Below are positions 29,707 to 43,023 of a stretch of 64,000 bases of DNA, in pieces (the stretch's first letter is position 1; each line of letters starts with the position of its first letter). A model generated the notes under the pieces. It did not search any database. It was not told where the DNA came from and saw only the letters and a program-made list of their open reading frames with translations. Where the stretch lies: NCBI GenBank assembly GCA_958296285.1, contig OY282459.1, forward strand, positions 1,282,762-1,346,761, given 5' to 3'. Both the position numbers and the translations under genes were made by a program. The stretch is from an uncultured Alphaproteobacteria bacterium. GTDB taxonomy: Bacteria > Pseudomonadota > Alphaproteobacteria > JAPOUT01 > G958296285.

Positions 29707-31031
29707 CGCCGACCTCCGCGCAATCGGGATTTCTTGATCAGACCCTCATATTGATGCGCCAAGAGATGACTCTGCACTTGGGCGATCGTATCCATTGTGA
29801 CGCTGACGACAATCAGAAGCGAGGTGCCTCCGAAATAAAACGGCACGCGATATTGCGAGATCAGAAACTCCGGCAGCAGGCAGACGATCGTGATATAGGC
29901 GGCGCCGACCGCCGTCAGGCGCGTCAGGACGTAATCTATATATTCGGCGGTGTTGCGCCCGGGGCGCACGCCGGGGATAAAACCCCCATATTTTCTGAGA
30001 TTGTCCGCCGTCTCGGTCGGATTCAGCACGATGGAGGTGTAGAAGAAGCAGAAAAAGATGATGCCGACCGCATAAAGAGTCATATAGAGAGGCTGGCCGG
30101 GACCGACATAGGCGGTCAGCGTGTTGAGCCAGCCGGGACCCGCCCCCGCCGTAAAACCCGCCGCCGTGAACGGAAACAGCAGAATCGCCGAGGCGAAAAT
30201 CGGCGGAATCACGCCCGCCGTGTTCAATTTCAGAGGAAGATGCGCCGCCTCTCCGCCGAAGATTCGGCGTCCGACCTGCCTCTTCGGATATTGAATCATC
30301 AGACGGCGCTGCGCCCGCTCCATATAGACGATGAAACCGATGACCGCCACGACCATCCCCAGCAGGAAAATCAGCAGAAGCGTGGAGAGCGCGCCCTGCC
30401 GTCCGAGCTCCAGCGTCCCGACCAGCGCCGACGGGAGCTCGGCGACAATCCCGGCGAAGATGATAAGAGAAATCCCGTTTCCGACCCCGCGCTGCGTGAC
30501 TTGCTCGCCGATCCACATCAGGAAGATCGTGCCTCCGATCAGCGTGATCACAGTGGAGATGCGGAAAAAGAACCCCGGCGCGATGACCACGCCCAAATTC
30601 TCCAGCAAGATGGAGATGCCATAAGCCTGCATTCCGGCGATCAGCACCGTGCCGTAGCGCGTATATTGATTGATCTGCTTTCGTCCCTGCTCGCCCTCTT
30701 TCTTCAGCTGCTCCAAATGGGGCGAGGCTGCCGTCAAAAGCTGAACGATGATGGACGCCGTGATATAGGGAATCACATTGAGCGCGAAAATCGCCATGCG
30801 TCCGATCGCGCCGCCGGCGAACATGTTGAACATGCCGACAATCCCCGATTGATTCTGCTCAAAGACGCGGGCGAGCTCGCCGGGATCAATCCCAGGCACA
30901 GGAATATACGTCCCCAGACGATAAACGATCAGCGCGCCCAGCGTGAACCATATGCGCTTTTTTAACTCTGTCGCTTTGGCGAAGGAGGCGAAATTCAGAT
31001 TCGCGGCGAGTTGCTCGGCGGCGGAAGCCAT
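29703..31031 (-). CDS. secY: preprotein translocase subunit SecY
   Basis: Start at MASAAEQL (31031). The Arg-rich upstream extension in the ORF track overlaps rplO and is rejected. Ten-TM SecY body. Confidence 0.94.
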   Translation of the reverse strand: MASAAEQLAANLNFASFAKATELKKRIWFTLGALIVYRLGTYIPVPGIDPGELARVFEQNQSGIVGMFNMFAGGAIGRMAIFALNVIPYITASIIVQLLTAASPHLEQLKKEGEQGRKQINQYTRYGTVLIAGMQAYGISILLENLGVVIAPGFFFRISTVITLIGGTIFLMWIGEQVTQRGVGNGISLIIFAGIVAELPSALVGTLELGRQGALSTLLLIFLLGMVVAVIGFIVYMERAQRRLMIQYPKRQVGRRIFGGEAAHLPLKLNTAGVIPPIFASAILLFPFTAAGFTAGAGPGWLNTLTAYVGPGQPLYMTLYAVGIIFFCFFYTSIVLNPTETADNLRKYGGFIPGVRPGRNTAEYIDYVLTRLTAVGAAYITIVCLLPEFLISQYRVPFYFGGTSLLIVVSVTMDTIAQVQSHLLAHQYEGLIKKSRLRGGRR

Positions 31032-31032
31032 A

Positions 31033-31623
31033 TCAGTCTTTCCCCTTCTCTTTTTTCTGCTGTTTCGGCGGCGGCGCTTTCGGCGCTTTCGCGGGCTGGA
31101 CGGCTTTGGCGGCTTTCGGCGATGGCGTCTTGGACGCGAGCGTCTTCGGCGCGCGCGTCTTTGGCGCGATAAGATGAACTTTTCCGCCCGCCGCTTCCAC
31201 CTTCTCCAGCGCTTTTTTGGAAGCGCCCGCCGCCTCAATCTTGACGGCGGCGGAGATTTCTCCCTTCGCCAAGAGCCTTATGCGCTCGCGCGGATGACGC
31301 GCCAGTCCCGCCTCTTTCAGATGCTCCGCCGTCAGTTTTTTAGAAATGTCCAGCCTTTTGGCGTCTATCGCGTCCTGAAGGCGTCCCAGATTGACAACCC
31401 GCCACAATTTGCGAAAGCGCTTATTGCCAAAACCTCTTTTCGGCAGGCGCATATGGAGAGGCGTCTGCCCGCCCTCAAACGCGCCGACCGCCGACCCCGC
31501 CCGCGACTTAAATCCCTTATGCCCGCGCCCCGATGTCTTGCCGCGACCGGATCCGATCCCGCGCCCTATGCGCCGCCGCGATTGTTTCGCGCCTTTGGGA
31601 TCGCGCAATTGGTTGAGTTTCAC
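31033..31623 (-). CDS. rplO: 50S ribosomal protein L15 with ~40-aa K/A/P-rich C-terminal extension
   Basis: [37 protein letters not shown]; tail APKTLASKTPSPKAAKAVQPAKAPKAPPPKQQKKEKGKD. Confidence 0.93.
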   Translation of the reverse strand: MKLNQLRDPKGAKQSRRRIGRGIGSGRGKTSGRGHKGFKSRAGSAVGAFEGGQTPLHMRLPKRGFGNKRFRKLWRVVNLGRLQDAIDAKRLDISKKLTAEHLKEAGLARHPRERIRLLAKGEISAAVKIEAAGASKKALEKVEAAGGKVHLIAPKTRAPKTLASKTPSPKAAKAVQPAKAPKAPPPKQQKKEKGKD

Positions 31624-31922
31624 TTGGCGTCCCCTTCCACGATTCTGACCATATGAGCGACTTTGCGAATCTGTCCGCGCATTTCGGGGCAGTCGGCGAC
31701 CGCGCGGCGCTTTCCGATTCTGCCCAAGCCCAGCGCGCGGAGCGTTCTGCGCTGCGTTTGAGGACGCCGTATCGCGCTGGCATATTGCTCCACGACAAGA
31801 TGCGTCTTTTTTTCAGGCGGCTTTGTCTTGCTCGCGGGTTTTTTCACGGGCTTTTTCGCGGCGGGCTTTTTCACGACCGCTTTTTTCTTCGCGGCGGGCG
31901 TTTTTTTCTTCTCGGCGCTCAT
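31620..31922 (-). CDS. rpmD: 50S ribosomal protein L30 with ~38-aa K/A/P-rich N-terminal extension
   Basis: L30 core [34 protein letters not shown], preceded by [39 protein letters not shown]. Confidence 0.88.
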   Translation of the reverse strand: MSAEKKKTPAAKKKAVVKKPAAKKPVKKPASKTKPPEKKTHLVVEQYASAIRRPQTQRRTLRALGLGRIGKRRAVADCPEMRGQIRKVAHMVRIVEGDAK

Positions 31923-32674
31923 TTCTTCGCCTCTTTTGTCTTTTTCGCGGCTTTAGCCTTCGCATCCTTTTTGGCGGAGGCTGTCGCTTTTTTCACGGAT
32001 TTTTCCCTGCCCTTCTTCTCCGCCCCTTTTTTGGCGTCCTTCTTCTTGGCGTCTTTCTTTTTGGCGGAGGCGGGCGCGGCTTTCTTCCCCTGCGTCTTAG
32101 AGGCTTGCGTCTTAGAGGCGGGCGTCTCAGACTCAGGCGTCTGCTTTCCGCGCTTCATCCGAGGGCGTCCGACCAAAACATCGCTGACCTTCATGCCTCG
32201 CCGCGCCGCGACCATGCGCGGACTCGCCTGCTTCTTCAGAGCGTCAAAGACGGCGCGCACCATATTGTTCGGATTGGAACTCCCCAAAGATTTGGCGACA
32301 ATGTCCTGCGCGCCAAGAGCGTCAAAGACGGCGCGCATCGGTCCGCCGGCGATGATGCCGGTGCCGGGAGGCGCGGCGCGCAGAAGCGCCCGACCCGCCC
32401 CCGACGACCCCAAAACGTCATGATGAAGCGTCCGACCTTCGCGCAGAGGCACGCGGATCATGGAGCGCTTGGCGACTTCGGTCGCTTTGCGAATCGCTTC
32501 CGGCACTTCCCGCGCCTTGCCTCGTCCGAAGCCGACCTTCCCCCTCTGATCGCCGGCGACCACGAGCGCCGCGAAGCCGAAGCGCCGTCCGCCTTTGACA
32601 ACCTTCGCCACGCGATTGATATGAACGAGGCGATCTACGATCTCGCCTTCCGCCGCTTCCGTTCTCTTGCTCAT
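31919..32674 (-). CDS. rpsE: 30S ribosomal protein S5 with ~75-aa K/A-rich C-terminal extension
   Basis: Core [30 protein letters not shown]. Tail contains [17 protein letters not shown] repeats. Start at MSKRTEA. Confidence 0.92.
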   Translation of the reverse strand: MSKRTEAAEGEIVDRLVHINRVAKVVKGGRRFGFAALVVAGDQRGKVGFGRGKAREVPEAIRKATEVAKRSMIRVPLREGRTLHHDVLGSSGAGRALLRAAPPGTGIIAGGPMRAVFDALGAQDIVAKSLGSSNPNNMVRAVFDALKKQASPRMVAARRGMKVSDVLVGRPRMKRGKQTPESETPASKTQASKTQGKKAAPASAKKKDAKKKDAKKGAEKKGREKSVKKATASAKKDAKAKAAKKTKEAKK

Positions 32675-32690
32675 GCCGATGCCCAGCCCC

Positions 32691-33050
32691 CTAGAATTGC
32701 AGTCCGCCTTCGCGCGCCGCTTCCGCGAGCGCCCTGACGCGACCATGATACAAACAGCCGCCGCGGTCAAAGACAACCTTCTCCACGCCGATTTTCTTCG
32801 CGCGCTGGGCGAGTCTGACGCCCGTTTGTCGGGCGGCTTCGGTCGGCGCGGCTTTCGCGCCGCCCCGCGCCTCCTTGTCCAGCGAGGAGGCCGCGGCGAG
32901 CGTATGCCCTTTCTCGTCGTCTATGATCTGCGCGTGAATATGCCGTATTGACCGAAAGACCGAAAGTCTGGGTCTGCCTCTCGCGGCTTTGCGCAATTTG
33001 ATCCGCGTCCGCCGCGCGCGGCGCTCTGACGGAGACAGGACAGTCCTCAT
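32691..33050 (-). CDS. rplR: 50S ribosomal protein L18
   Basis: [24 protein letters not shown]. Confidence 0.95.
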   Translation of the reverse strand: MRTVLSPSERRARRTRIKLRKAARGRPRLSVFRSIRHIHAQIIDDEKGHTLAAASSLDKEARGGAKAAPTEAARQTGVRLAQRAKKIGVEKVVFDRGGCLYHGRVRALAEAAREGGLQF

Positions 33051-33580
33051 TTCTTCTTCCCCTCCTTGCGGATGATATATTCGCCGGCATAAGCGACTCC
33101 CTTGCCCTTATAGGGTTCGGGCTTGCGCCATGCTCGGATTTCGGCTGCCGTCTGCCCGACCTTCTGCTTGTCAATGCCGCTGACGAGAACCGCGCCGGCG
33201 CGAGGCACCGCCAACTCCACCCCGTCAGGCGCTTTATAAACGACATCATGGCTGAAGCCCAAAGCGAGTTTGAGATCCTTCCCCTGCATCTGCGCCCGAA
33301 AACCCACCCCCGAAATGACAAGCTCGCGCGAAAATCCCTCGCTGACCCCCTTGACCATATTCGCGATGCGCGATCGGTTCGTCCCCCAAAGGGCGCGGGT
33401 TTGACGATGATCGTCTTTCGGGATGACGTGGAGGGCGCGATCCTTCTCTTCCAGACGGAGAGACGCGCCGATCGTCATGGAGAGCGCGCCTTTCGGGCCT
33501 TGGATGGCGATCTGTCCGTCTCCGATCTCGGCTTTGACGCCTTCGGGAAGCGCGATCGGCTGTTTTCCTGTCCTAGACAT
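33047..33580 (-). CDS. rplF: 50S ribosomal protein L6
   Basis: [15 protein letters not shown], 177 aa. Confidence 0.95.
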   Translation of the reverse strand: MSRTGKQPIALPEGVKAEIGDGQIAIQGPKGALSMTIGASLRLEEKDRALHVIPKDDHRQTRALWGTNRSRIANMVKGVSEGFSRELVISGVGFRAQMQGKDLKLALGFSHDVVYKAPDGVELAVPRAGAVLVSGIDKQKVGQTAAEIRAWRKPEPYKGKGVAYAGEYIIRKEGKKK

Positions 33581-33600
33581 GACGCTGGCTCCTGTCTCCG

Positions 33601-33999
33601 CTAGAAGACGCGGCAGAGAATCTCGCCGCCGACATTATTCTTCCGCGCCGCGCCGTCCGACATCACTCCCTTCGGCGTGGAAAGAATGGAGATGCCGAGA
33701 TTGGCGTGAAAAACCGGAATGTCTCGGACGGAAGAATAGACTCGGCGTCCGGGCTTGGAGATTCGCTCTATCCGCCTGATGACCGGCGCGCCTTCATGAT
33801 ATTTGAGCTCTATGTGAATCTCGGCTTTTCCGCCGTCAAAATCGGCGCGGCTGTAGCCCTCAATATAGCCCTCCTTGACGAGGACGTCCAGCACGCGGGC
33901 GCGGAGCGCGGACGCCGGCGTCTTGACGAAAGACAGTCCGCGCATTTGCGCGTTGCGGATGCGGGTGAGCATGTCGCCCAAAGGATCGGTCATTGTCAT
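33601..33999 (-). CDS. rpsH: 30S ribosomal protein S8
   Basis: [17 protein letters not shown]. Confidence 0.95.
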   Translation of the reverse strand: MTMTDPLGDMLTRIRNAQMRGLSFVKTPASALRARVLDVLVKEGYIEGYSRADFDGGKAEIHIELKYHEGAPVIRRIERISKPGRRVYSSVRDIPVFHANLGISILSTPKGVMSDGAARKNNVGGEILCRVF

Positions 34000-34011
34000 C
34001 GCGGCGTCCCC

Positions 34012-34317
34012 CTACCAGCTCGCTTTGATCATGCCCGGAATGAAGCCCTGAGACGCCAAAGCGCGGAGCTCTATTCGCGACATATCCACTTTGCGATAAT
34101 ATCCGCGCGGGCGTCCTGTCAGAGCGCATCGGTTGCGGATGCGGGTCGGCGAGGAATTGCGCGGCATTTTCGCCAAAACCAAAGACGCCTGAAAGCGCGC
34201 CGTCCCCGGCGTGGATCGGTCGTGAATGATTCTCTTCAGACGCGCGCGCTTCTCGGCATAGCGATCCGTCATGCGCTTGCGCTTCTTGTTTCGCTCAATC
34301 GCGCTTTTTTTCGCCAT
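34012..34317 (-). CDS. rpsN: 30S ribosomal protein S14
   Basis: [28 protein letters not shown]. Start at the internal Met of the longer ORF-track frame. Confidence 0.93.
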   Translation of the reverse strand: MAKKSAIERNKKRKRMTDRYAEKRARLKRIIHDRSTPGTARFQASLVLAKMPRNSSPTRIRNRCALTGRPRGYYRKVDMSRIELRALASQGFIPGMIKASW

Positions 34318-34346
34318 AGCGGTGTCCTCCTCTTCTTTCTTCTTTC

Positions 34347-34994
34347 TCAATGCGCCGCGAAGGGAAAGCGGAAGGCTTCCAACAGAGCCTGCGCTTCCTC
34401 GTCTTTCTTGGCGCTCGTGCAGACCGAGATGTCCATGCCCCAAATCTGATCGGCTTTGTCATAGTCAATCTCCGGAAAGACGATATGCTCGCCAATGCCG
34501 AAGGAATAATTGCCGTGTCCGTCAAAACTTTTGGGGCTGAGCCCCCGAAAGTCGCGGGCGCGAGGGAGCGCGATCGTGATCAGACGATCTATGAACTCAT
34601 ACATGCGATCGCGGCGCATCGTGACTTTCGCGCCGATCGGCTGTCCGGCGCGGAGTTTGAAACCCGCCTCCGACCGCCGCGCCCGCGTAATGACGGCGCG
34701 CTGTCCGGCGATCAGCGTCAGATCGTTCTGCGCGGCTTCCACTTTCTTGCGATCCTGCGTCCCCTGTCCAACGCCGATATTGACGACGACCTTCTCCAAT
34801 TTCGGCGCGGCGAGAGGATTGCCTCCGCCAAAGCGCTTCGCCAAATCCGGACGGATCGTCTGATAATAGGCGATTTTTAGACGCGGCGGCGTTCTCTTTT
34901 CCGCCCCGTCCGCCGCGCCCGCTTTGTCCGCCTTTTTGGGCTTGGCGGTCTTGACGGTCTTGACCGCCTTTTTGACTGTCTTCTTGTCAGCCAT
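34347..34994 (-). CDS. rplE: 50S ribosomal protein L5 with ~35-aa K/A-rich N-terminal extension
   Basis: Extension [34 protein letters not shown] precedes L5 core [19 protein letters not shown]. Confidence 0.92.
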   Translation of the reverse strand: MADKKTVKKAVKTVKTAKPKKADKAGAADGAEKRTPPRLKIAYYQTIRPDLAKRFGGGNPLAAPKLEKVVVNIGVGQGTQDRKKVEAAQNDLTLIAGQRAVITRARRSEAGFKLRAGQPIGAKVTMRRDRMYEFIDRLITIALPRARDFRGLSPKSFDGHGNYSFGIGEHIVFPEIDYDKADQIWGMDISVCTSAKKDEEAQALLEAFRFPFAAH

Positions 34995-35319
34995 TGGGGA
35001 TCGCCTCGCCGGATTTTCTCGCGATTCGCGCCTTCGCGCCGTCTTCCATGATCTTAAACCCGACCTTTGTCGCTTTCTTCGTGGAAGGATCCATCAGCGC
35101 GATGTTGGAGATATGAATCCTAGACTCGCGCTCTTGAATGCCGCCCGGTCCCGTCTGCGATGGTCTTTGATGGCGCTTGACGATATGAACGCCCTGCACG
35201 AGCGCGCGATTCTCCCGCGCGAAGACGCCAATGACCTCGCCAATCTTGCCCTTGTCGCGCCCGGAAATGACGATCACGCGATCGCCTTTGCGGATTTTCA
35301 TCTTCGGTCGCGTCATCAC
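34987..35319 (-). CDS. rplX: 50S ribosomal protein L24
   Basis: [22 protein letters not shown] (KOW motif). Confidence 0.95.
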   Translation of the reverse strand: MMTRPKMKIRKGDRVIVISGRDKGKIGEVIGVFARENRALVQGVHIVKRHQRPSQTGPGGIQERESRIHISNIALMDPSTKKATKVGFKIMEDGAKARIARKSGEAIPNG

Positions 35320-35684
35320 AGCACCTCCGGGGCGAGCGAGATGATTTTCATCAGACGGCGCGCGCGGAGCTCTCGCGTGACGGGCCCGAAAATGCGCGTG
35401 CCGATCGGCTCGCCCTGATTATTGACGAGAACGGCGGCGTTGCGATCAAAGCGTATCGCGGTGCCGTCAGGGCGGCGGATGCTCGCCGCCGTCCGCACGA
35501 CAACGGCGCGCAGCAATTCGCCCTTCTTGACGCGCCCGCGCGGGATCGCGTCTTTGACCGTGATGACGACCGTGTCGCCGACAGAGGCGTAGCGCCTCTT
35601 AGAGCCGCCCAAAACCTTGATGCATTCCACGAGGCGCGCCCCGGAATTGTCGGCGACTGTCATTTCGGTCTGCATTTGGATCAC
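35316..35684 (-). CDS. rplN: 50S ribosomal protein L14 (GTG start overlapping rpsQ stop)
   Basis: (M)[16 protein letters not shown]. The longer ORF-track start is rejected. Confidence 0.93.
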   Translation of the reverse strand: MIQMQTEMTVADNSGARLVECIKVLGGSKRRYASVGDTVVITVKDAIPRGRVKKGELLRAVVVRTAASIRRPDGTAIRFDRNAAVLVNNQGEPIGTRIFGPVTRELRARRLMKIISLAPEVL

Positions 35685-35932
35685 TTGGCGGCGTCCTCCT
35701 GCTCGGGCGGCAGAGTTTTCCACCGCTTCAATTTGGACAAGGGGCGCGATTCCCGTATCCGAACCCTGTCGCCGATTCGGAAGCGGTTCTCTTCGTCATG
35801 GGCGTGATATTTCTTGCCGCGCCGCAGGATTTTCTTCAGAAGCGGATCTTTGAAGATTCGCACCACGCGGACGACCACAGTCTTGTCGCTCTTGTCGCCG
35901 ACAACCACGCCGCTCAAGATTCGTTTGGGCAT
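35681..35932 (-). CDS. rpsQ: 30S ribosomal protein S17
   Basis: [23 protein letters not shown]. Confidence 0.95.
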   Translation of the reverse strand: MPKRILSGVVVGDKSDKTVVVRVVRIFKDPLLKKILRRGKKYHAHDEENRFRIGDRVRIRESRPLSKLKRWKTLPPEQEDAAK

Positions 35933-35935
35933 GGC

Positions 35936-36133
35936 TCAGCCTCCCTTCCCGACACGCTGACGGCGCTCGGTTTTCAAGCGGGCGATGTCGCGGCGGAGCG
36001 CGCGCAGCTGCGCCGTGTTCTTCAACTGCCCGGTCGCCTGCTCAAAGCGCAGATTCATCGCGTCCCGCGAGAAATTGCGGATGCGATCGCCAATCTGATC
36101 CAGCGAAAGATCTCGGACTTCCTGCGGCTTCAT
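35936..36133 (-). CDS. rpmC: 50S ribosomal protein L29
   Basis: MKPQEVRDLSLDQIGDRIRN. The longer upstream ORF-track start is rejected. Confidence 0.9.
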   Translation of the reverse strand: MKPQEVRDLSLDQIGDRIRNFSRDAMNLRFEQATGQLKNTAQLRALRRDIARLKTERRQRVGKGG

Positions 36134-36144
36134 CATCGCTCTCC

Positions 36145-36564
36145 TTAGAGATTCTCGCTCTCGCGGCTGACATGGCGGCATGGGATCGGCAGTTTCGCCG
36201 CGCCCCGCCTCAGCGCCTCATAGGCGAGAGTTTCCGAGACGCCATCCACCTCAAACATGACGCGGCCGGGCTTCACCCGCGCCGCCCAATACTCCACCTG
36301 TCCCTTGCCCTTGCCCATGCGAACCTCTGTCGGCTTCGCCGAGACCGGGAGATCAGGGAAAATGCGAATCCAGACGCGCCCCGCCCGCTTCATATGCCGC
36401 GTGATCGCCCGCCGCGCCGCCTCAATCTGCCGAGACGTCACCCGCGCCGGGCGGGTCGCCTTGATCCCGTGCGATCCGAAATTCAGCCTCGTTCCGGTCT
36501 GCGCGCGCCCATGGATGCGCCCCTTATGCGCCTTGCGATATTTGGTCTTTTTCGGCTGCAGCAT
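36145..36564 (-). CDS. rplP: 50S ribosomal protein L16
   Basis: [19 protein letters not shown]. Confidence 0.96.
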   Translation of the reverse strand: MLQPKKTKYRKAHKGRIHGRAQTGTRLNFGSHGIKATRPARVTSRQIEAARRAITRHMKRAGRVWIRIFPDLPVSAKPTEVRMGKGKGQVEYWAARVKPGRVMFEVDGVSETLAYEALRRGAAKLPIPCRHVSRESENL

Positions 36565-36566
36565 GA

Positions 36567-37280
36567 TTACCCCTCCGTCGAAGCGATCCGCGAGGTGGAT
36601 CGCATATGCTCATGGGGGGCGGTGTTGCGTCTGTCCTGCGCCATCGGATCATGCTCCATGATCTCGCCGTGGAAGACCCAAACCTTAATGCCGCAGACGC
36701 CATAGGTCGTGAAGGCTTCGGCGCGGGCGTAATCCACATCGGCGCGCAGAGTATGAAGAGGGACGCGCCCTTCCAAATACCATTCCGTCCGAGCGATCTC
36801 CGCGCCGCCGAGCCTCCCTGTGCAGCTGACGCGAATGCCTTGCGCGCCCATCCGCATCGCCAGCTGAACGGCGCGCTTCATCGTGCGGCGGAAGGCGGCG
36901 CGGCGCTCCAGCTGCTGCGCGATGCCCTCGGCGATCAGACAGGCATTGGTTTCAGGCTTGCGAACCTCAACGATGTTAATCTCCACGCGCAAGCCGATCA
37001 TCTTCGTCAGCTCTTCCGCCATCTTGCCGATATCCGCGCCTTTCTTCCCAATGACCACGCCGGGACGCGCCGTGTGAATCAGAACCTTGCAGCGCCGATG
37101 CGGACGCTCTATCAGAATCCGCGAGATCGCCGCCTGCTGAAAACGCTTCTGAAGATGATCCCGAATCTTCAAATCCTGATGCAGCAGTTCCGAATAATTG
37201 CCGTCCGCGGCGAACCAGCGCGAATCCCAAGTGCGGTTGATTCCGAGACGCATGGAGATCGGATTGACTTTCTGTCCCAT
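36567..37280 (-). CDS. rpsC: 30S ribosomal protein S3
   Basis: [24 protein letters not shown]. Confidence 0.96.
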   Translation of the reverse strand: MGQKVNPISMRLGINRTWDSRWFAADGNYSELLHQDLKIRDHLQKRFQQAAISRILIERPHRRCKVLIHTARPGVVIGKKGADIGKMAEELTKMIGLRVEINIVEVRKPETNACLIAEGIAQQLERRAAFRRTMKRAVQLAMRMGAQGIRVSCTGRLGGAEIARTEWYLEGRVPLHTLRADVDYARAEAFTTYGVCGIKVWVFHGEIMEHDPMAQDRRNTAPHEHMRSTSRIASTEG

Positions 37281-37282
37281 GG

Positions 37283-37693
37283 TCAGCCCCCCTCCGCTTT
37301 CGCTTCGGCTTCCGCTTCTCGCGCTCTTTCGCGCAAGATAATCGTGATCTGGCTGAACGGCTTCAAAATGCGCCCGACCCGTCCGCGCGCTCTAGGACGC
37401 CATCTCTTCATGACGAGGTTTTTCCCGACATGCGCCTCAGCGACAAAAAGCGCGTCTATGTCCAAATTGTGATTGTTCTCGGCATTGGCGATCGCCGAAG
37501 CCAAAACCTTGCGGACGTCTTTCGCGACCCCCTTGCGCGAGAAAGCGAGAAGGTTCATCGCCGCGCCGGCTTCCTTCCCGCGAATGCCCCGCGCGACCGC
37601 ATTGAGTTTGATCGGACTCACCCTGATGGATCGCCCGACCGCTTGGGCTTCGGTATCGGGGAGGCGTCTTGGCTTGGCGGGCTTTCCCATCAC
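37283..37693 (-). CDS. rplV: 50S ribosomal protein L22
   Basis: [26 protein letters not shown]. Confidence 0.94.
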   Translation of the reverse strand: MMGKPAKPRRLPDTEAQAVGRSIRVSPIKLNAVARGIRGKEAGAAMNLLAFSRKGVAKDVRKVLASAIANAENNHNLDIDALFVAEAHVGKNLVMKRWRPRARGRVGRILKPFSQITIILRERAREAEAEAKAEGG

Positions 37694-37965
37694 TTGCGCC
37701 CTTTCTTGTCGGCGAGATGGCCGTGATAGGTTCGGGTCGGCGCGAATTCGCCGAATTTATGCCCGACCATGTCCTCCGTGATCAGCACCGGAATATGCTT
37801 CCGCCCATTGTGAATCCCGAAAGTGAGACCGACAAATTGCGGCAGGATCGTGGAGCGGCGGCTCCACATCTTGATGACGCTCTTGCGTCCGTCCTTATGG
37901 GCGGCTTCGGCTTTCTTCAGGAGATAGCCATCCACGAAGGGTCCTTTCCAAACGGATCGCGCCAT
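37690..37965 (-). CDS. rpsS: 30S ribosomal protein S19
   Basis: [18 protein letters not shown]. Confidence 0.96.
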   Translation of the reverse strand: MARSVWKGPFVDGYLLKKAEAAHKDGRKSVIKMWSRRSTILPQFVGLTFGIHNGRKHIPVLITEDMVGHKFGEFAPTRTYHGHLADKKGRK

Positions 37966-37977
37966 GAGCTGAGCCTC

Positions 37978-38820
37978 CTATCGCGCCCGCCGTCTATGAC
38001 GGCTTCGGATGATCAAACGGTTGGAGCGTTTTTTGGATCGCGTGCGGTGTCCTTTGGTCGGTCTGCCCCACGGCGTGACGGGATGGCGTCCGCCTGACGA
38101 TCGCCCTTCGCCGCCGCCATGCGGGTGATCCACAGGGTTTTTGGCGACCCCCCGCACGATCGGACGGCGTCCGAGCCAGCGATTCCGTCCGGCTTTGGCA
38201 AGACGTCTGTTCACGTGATCCGGGTTGGAGACGGTTCCCACAGTCGCCATGCAGGCGGACGGCACAAGACGCTGCTCGCCGGAAGATAAGCGCAAAATCG
38301 CGTAATCATTCTCATAGCCCTGAAGCTGCGCCGAAGAGCCGGCGGCGCGGGCGATCTGTCCGCCTTTGCCGGGCTTCATCTCCACATTATGCACCTGCGC
38401 GCCGACAGGCATGTCGGCGAGTTTCATCGCGTTTCCGATCTTCATGCCGACATCCGATCCCGACAGCACGACATCCCCTGTCTTCAAGCCCTGCGGCGCG
38501 AGAATATAGGCGAGTTCGTCATCCTCATAGCGTATCAGCGCGATGAAGGCGCTGCGGTTGGGATCATATTCCAAGCGCTCCACAGTGGCGGAAATGCCTG
38601 TCTTGGCGCGGCGGAAATCCACGCGGCGATAGCGTCTTTTATGCCCGCCGCCCTTGCGCCGCGCCGTCAGACGCCCATGATTGTTGCGCCCCCCGCTCTT
38701 GGAAGCCCCCGCCGTCAGACGCTTCTCAGGACCCGATTTCCAAAGCCCCGAGCGCGCGACCAAGACCAATCCGCGCCGAGCCGGGCTTGTCGGCTTATGC
38801 CGTTTGAGCGCCATCGTCAA
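37978..38820 (-). CDS. rplB: 50S ribosomal protein L2
   Basis: 280 aa, motif [22 protein letters not shown]. Confidence 0.96.
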   Translation of the reverse strand: MTMALKRHKPTSPARRGLVLVARSGLWKSGPEKRLTAGASKSGGRNNHGRLTARRKGGGHKRRYRRVDFRRAKTGISATVERLEYDPNRSAFIALIRYEDDELAYILAPQGLKTGDVVLSGSDVGMKIGNAMKLADMPVGAQVHNVEMKPGKGGQIARAAGSSAQLQGYENDYAILRLSSGEQRLVPSACMATVGTVSNPDHVNRRLAKAGRNRWLGRRPIVRGVAKNPVDHPHGGGEGRSSGGRHPVTPWGRPTKGHRTRSKKRSNRLIIRSRHRRRAR

Positions 38821-39149
38821 GCCCTCGCCCCGCCGGAGAGATCAATGCTGCTCCCCTCTTTGAGACGCACCATCGCCTTTTTGACCATCTTGCGCTGTCC
38901 TTCGCGTCCCTGAAAGCGCTTCACCTTGCCCTTCCGCCTTAACGTATTGACCGACACGACCTCCACTTTAAAGATTTCCTGCACGGCTTTTTTGATCTGC
39001 GGCTTGGTAGCGCGAACATCCGTCTCAAAGACGATCTGATTCGCCTCGCTCAGACGGGTCGCCTTCTCGCTGATGACAGGCTTCCTGATCAGATCGTGAA
39101 GATCGCGGCGGCGGGGCGTCTTGACGCGGGGCGTCTTGACGCGGGTCAT
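38817..39149 (-). CDS. rplW: 50S ribosomal protein L23 (N-terminal RVKTP tandem duplication)
   Basis: Core [15 protein letters not shown]-terminus [15 protein letters not shown] is encoded by a 15-nt tandem duplication. Confidence 0.92.
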   Translation of the reverse strand: MTRVKTPRVKTPRRRDLHDLIRKPVISEKATRLSEANQIVFETDVRATKPQIKKAVQEIFKVEVVSVNTLRRKGKVKRFQGREGQRKMVKKAMVRLKEGSSIDLSGGARA

Positions 39150-39793
39150 GGCGCAGCCTTCCGAGAACTGTCGGCGAAGCGCGAGGGCAGCGCCTTCAGA
39201 GCCTCTTGCGTCAGGGCGAGCGTCTCATGGGCGAGAATGTCATAGACATTGAGCGCCGCCAAAGGCACGAAAGAGAAGCCCGGAATGTTCCTTGAGGCGA
39301 GGGAGAAATTCTTGTCCATCTCCGCCGACCCCTCCACGAGAAGCGCCTTGGCGATGCCGATCGTCTCCATTTGGGGTCGGAGCGCGGCGGTTTTGTGGGT
39401 CTTCGCGGACGCCTTCTCCACAATGACGATCGCGCCGGATTTCGCCTTCGCCGAGAGCGCGTGCTTGAGCGCGAGACGTCTGAATTTCTTCGGCAGATCA
39501 TGACCGTGATCGCGGACGAGAGGCCCATGCGCCTTGCCGCCGCCGCGAAAGATATTGACGCGCCGCGAGCCATGACGCGCGCCGCCCGTCCCCTTCTGCC
39601 GATAAATCTTGCGCGTGGAGCCTCGGATTTCGCCGCGCCTCTTCGTCTTGCGCGATCCCGTCCGCCGCCGCGCCAGATGGTAGCGCGTCATTCTGTGGAG
39701 AATATCGGCGCGAGGCGTCAGACCGAACAGAGCCTCGTCCAGCTCCGCCTCGCCGACCTTTTTGTTCTCCAGCGTCAGAACGGGGAGTTTCAT
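39146..39793 (-). CDS. rplD: 50S ribosomal protein L4
   Basis: [18 protein letters not shown], 215 aa. Confidence 0.95.
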   Translation of the reverse strand: MKLPVLTLENKKVGEAELDEALFGLTPRADILHRMTRYHLARRRTGSRKTKRRGEIRGSTRKIYRQKGTGGARHGSRRVNIFRGGGKAHGPLVRDHGHDLPKKFRRLALKHALSAKAKSGAIVIVEKASAKTHKTAALRPQMETIGIAKALLVEGSAEMDKNFSLASRNIPGFSFVPLAALNVYDILAHETLALTQEALKALPSRFADSSRKAAP

Positions 39794-40569
39794 TTTTTCT
39801 CTCCCTGCTCTTTCGGCTCTTCGGACTCTTGCGTCTCTTGAGGCTCTTGAGCTTGTTGAGGCTCTTGAGTCTCTTGAGCCGCCTCTTTCTCCTGCTTCAT
39901 GCCCACGAGACCGGCCGGCATCGGCGCCTCCTTCGGCAGAGGTTTTTTAACCGCATCGCGGAGAAAAACCCATCCGCCCTTGGAACCCGGCACCGCGCCC
40001 TTGACGACAACCCAGCCCTTCTCTTCATTGATGTCGCAGATTTCCAGATTTTGGACAGTCACGCGCGCCGCGCCCATATGTCCCGCCATCTTCTTGCCCT
40101 TAAAAACGCGCCCCGGATCTTGGCACTGCCCTGTAGAGCCTTGACTTCGGTGATTGACCGAAACGCCGTGGCTCGCGCGCAAGCCTGCGAAATTATGGCG
40201 CTTCATCACGCCGGCGAAGCCCTTGCCGATGCTCTGTCCGACGGCATCCACATGCTGCCCGACGACAAAATGCGCCGCCGAAAACTCCGCGCCTTCTTCC
40301 AGCATCGCCTCTTGATCCACGCGGAACTCGGCGACAATGCGAGGCGGCGTCATGCTCTTCGCCTCATAGACGCTGCGCTGCGGCTTGGCGACATTCTTGG
40401 GTTTGCGCCGCCCCGCGCCTAGAACGACAGCGCTGTAGCCGTCTTTTTCCGGCGCGCGCGCGCCGACAACGCGGCAGGAATCCATCTTTAAGACCGTCAC
40501 CGGAATCTGCGCCCCGTCCCGATAAATTTGACTCATGCCGAGTTTCTTGACTATCACGCCCGATCGCAT
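39790..40569 (-). CDS. rplC: 50S ribosomal protein L3 with acidic Q/E/P-repeat C-terminal tail
   Basis: [16 protein letters not shown] core. Tail [31 protein letters not shown] is encoded by tandem repeats. Confidence 0.94.
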   Translation of the reverse strand: MRSGVIVKKLGMSQIYRDGAQIPVTVLKMDSCRVVGARAPEKDGYSAVVLGAGRRKPKNVAKPQRSVYEAKSMTPPRIVAEFRVDQEAMLEEGAEFSAAHFVVGQHVDAVGQSIGKGFAGVMKRHNFAGLRASHGVSVNHRSQGSTGQCQDPGRVFKGKKMAGHMGAARVTVQNLEICDINEEKGWVVVKGAVPGSKGGWVFLRDAVKKPLPKEAPMPAGLVGMKQEKEAAQETQEPQQAQEPQETQESEEPKEQGEKK

Positions 40570-40578
40570 CTTGAACTC

Positions 40579-40893
40579 CTACAGTTTGATTTCCACATCC
40601 ACGCCGGCGGCGAGGTCTATTTTCATCAGAGCGTCCACGGTTTGCGGGGTCGGATCCACAATGTCTATCAGGCGCTTATGGGTGCGTATTTCAAATTGCT
40701 CGCGGCTTTTCTTGTCAATATGAGGGGAGCGCAGCACCGTGAAGCGCTCAAAGCGAGTCGGCAGCGGAATCGGACCCAGCACGCGCGAGCCTGTCCGCTC
40801 GGCGGTATGGACAATCTCCTTCACCGAAATGTCCAGCACCCGATGATCAAAGGCTTTCAAGCGAATGCGTATGTTCTGCTGCCGCGCCTGCAT
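40579..40893 (-). CDS. rpsJ: 30S ribosomal protein S10
   Basis: [21 protein letters not shown]. Start at the internal Met. Confidence 0.95.
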   Translation of the reverse strand: MQARQQNIRIRLKAFDHRVLDISVKEIVHTAERTGSRVLGPIPLPTRFERFTVLRSPHIDKKSREQFEIRTHKRLIDIVDPTPQTVDALMKIDLAAGVDVEIKL

Positions 40894-40904
40894 AACTCCG
40901 CCCC

Positions 40905-43004
<2,100 letters not shown>

Positions 43005-43023
43005 GATGGTCTCCGTATCGTCC

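Noticed and set aside
31032-31238. Arg/Lys-rich N-terminal extensions in the ORF-track frames of secY, rpsE, rpsN, rpsK, rplN, rpmC, rpsJ, rpsL, nusG, pccB, rluC, kdsA, ppiD and trpG
   Set aside because: Each extension overlaps the upstream gene and precedes a canonical internal start that aligns with the family N-terminus. Downstream starts were chosen.
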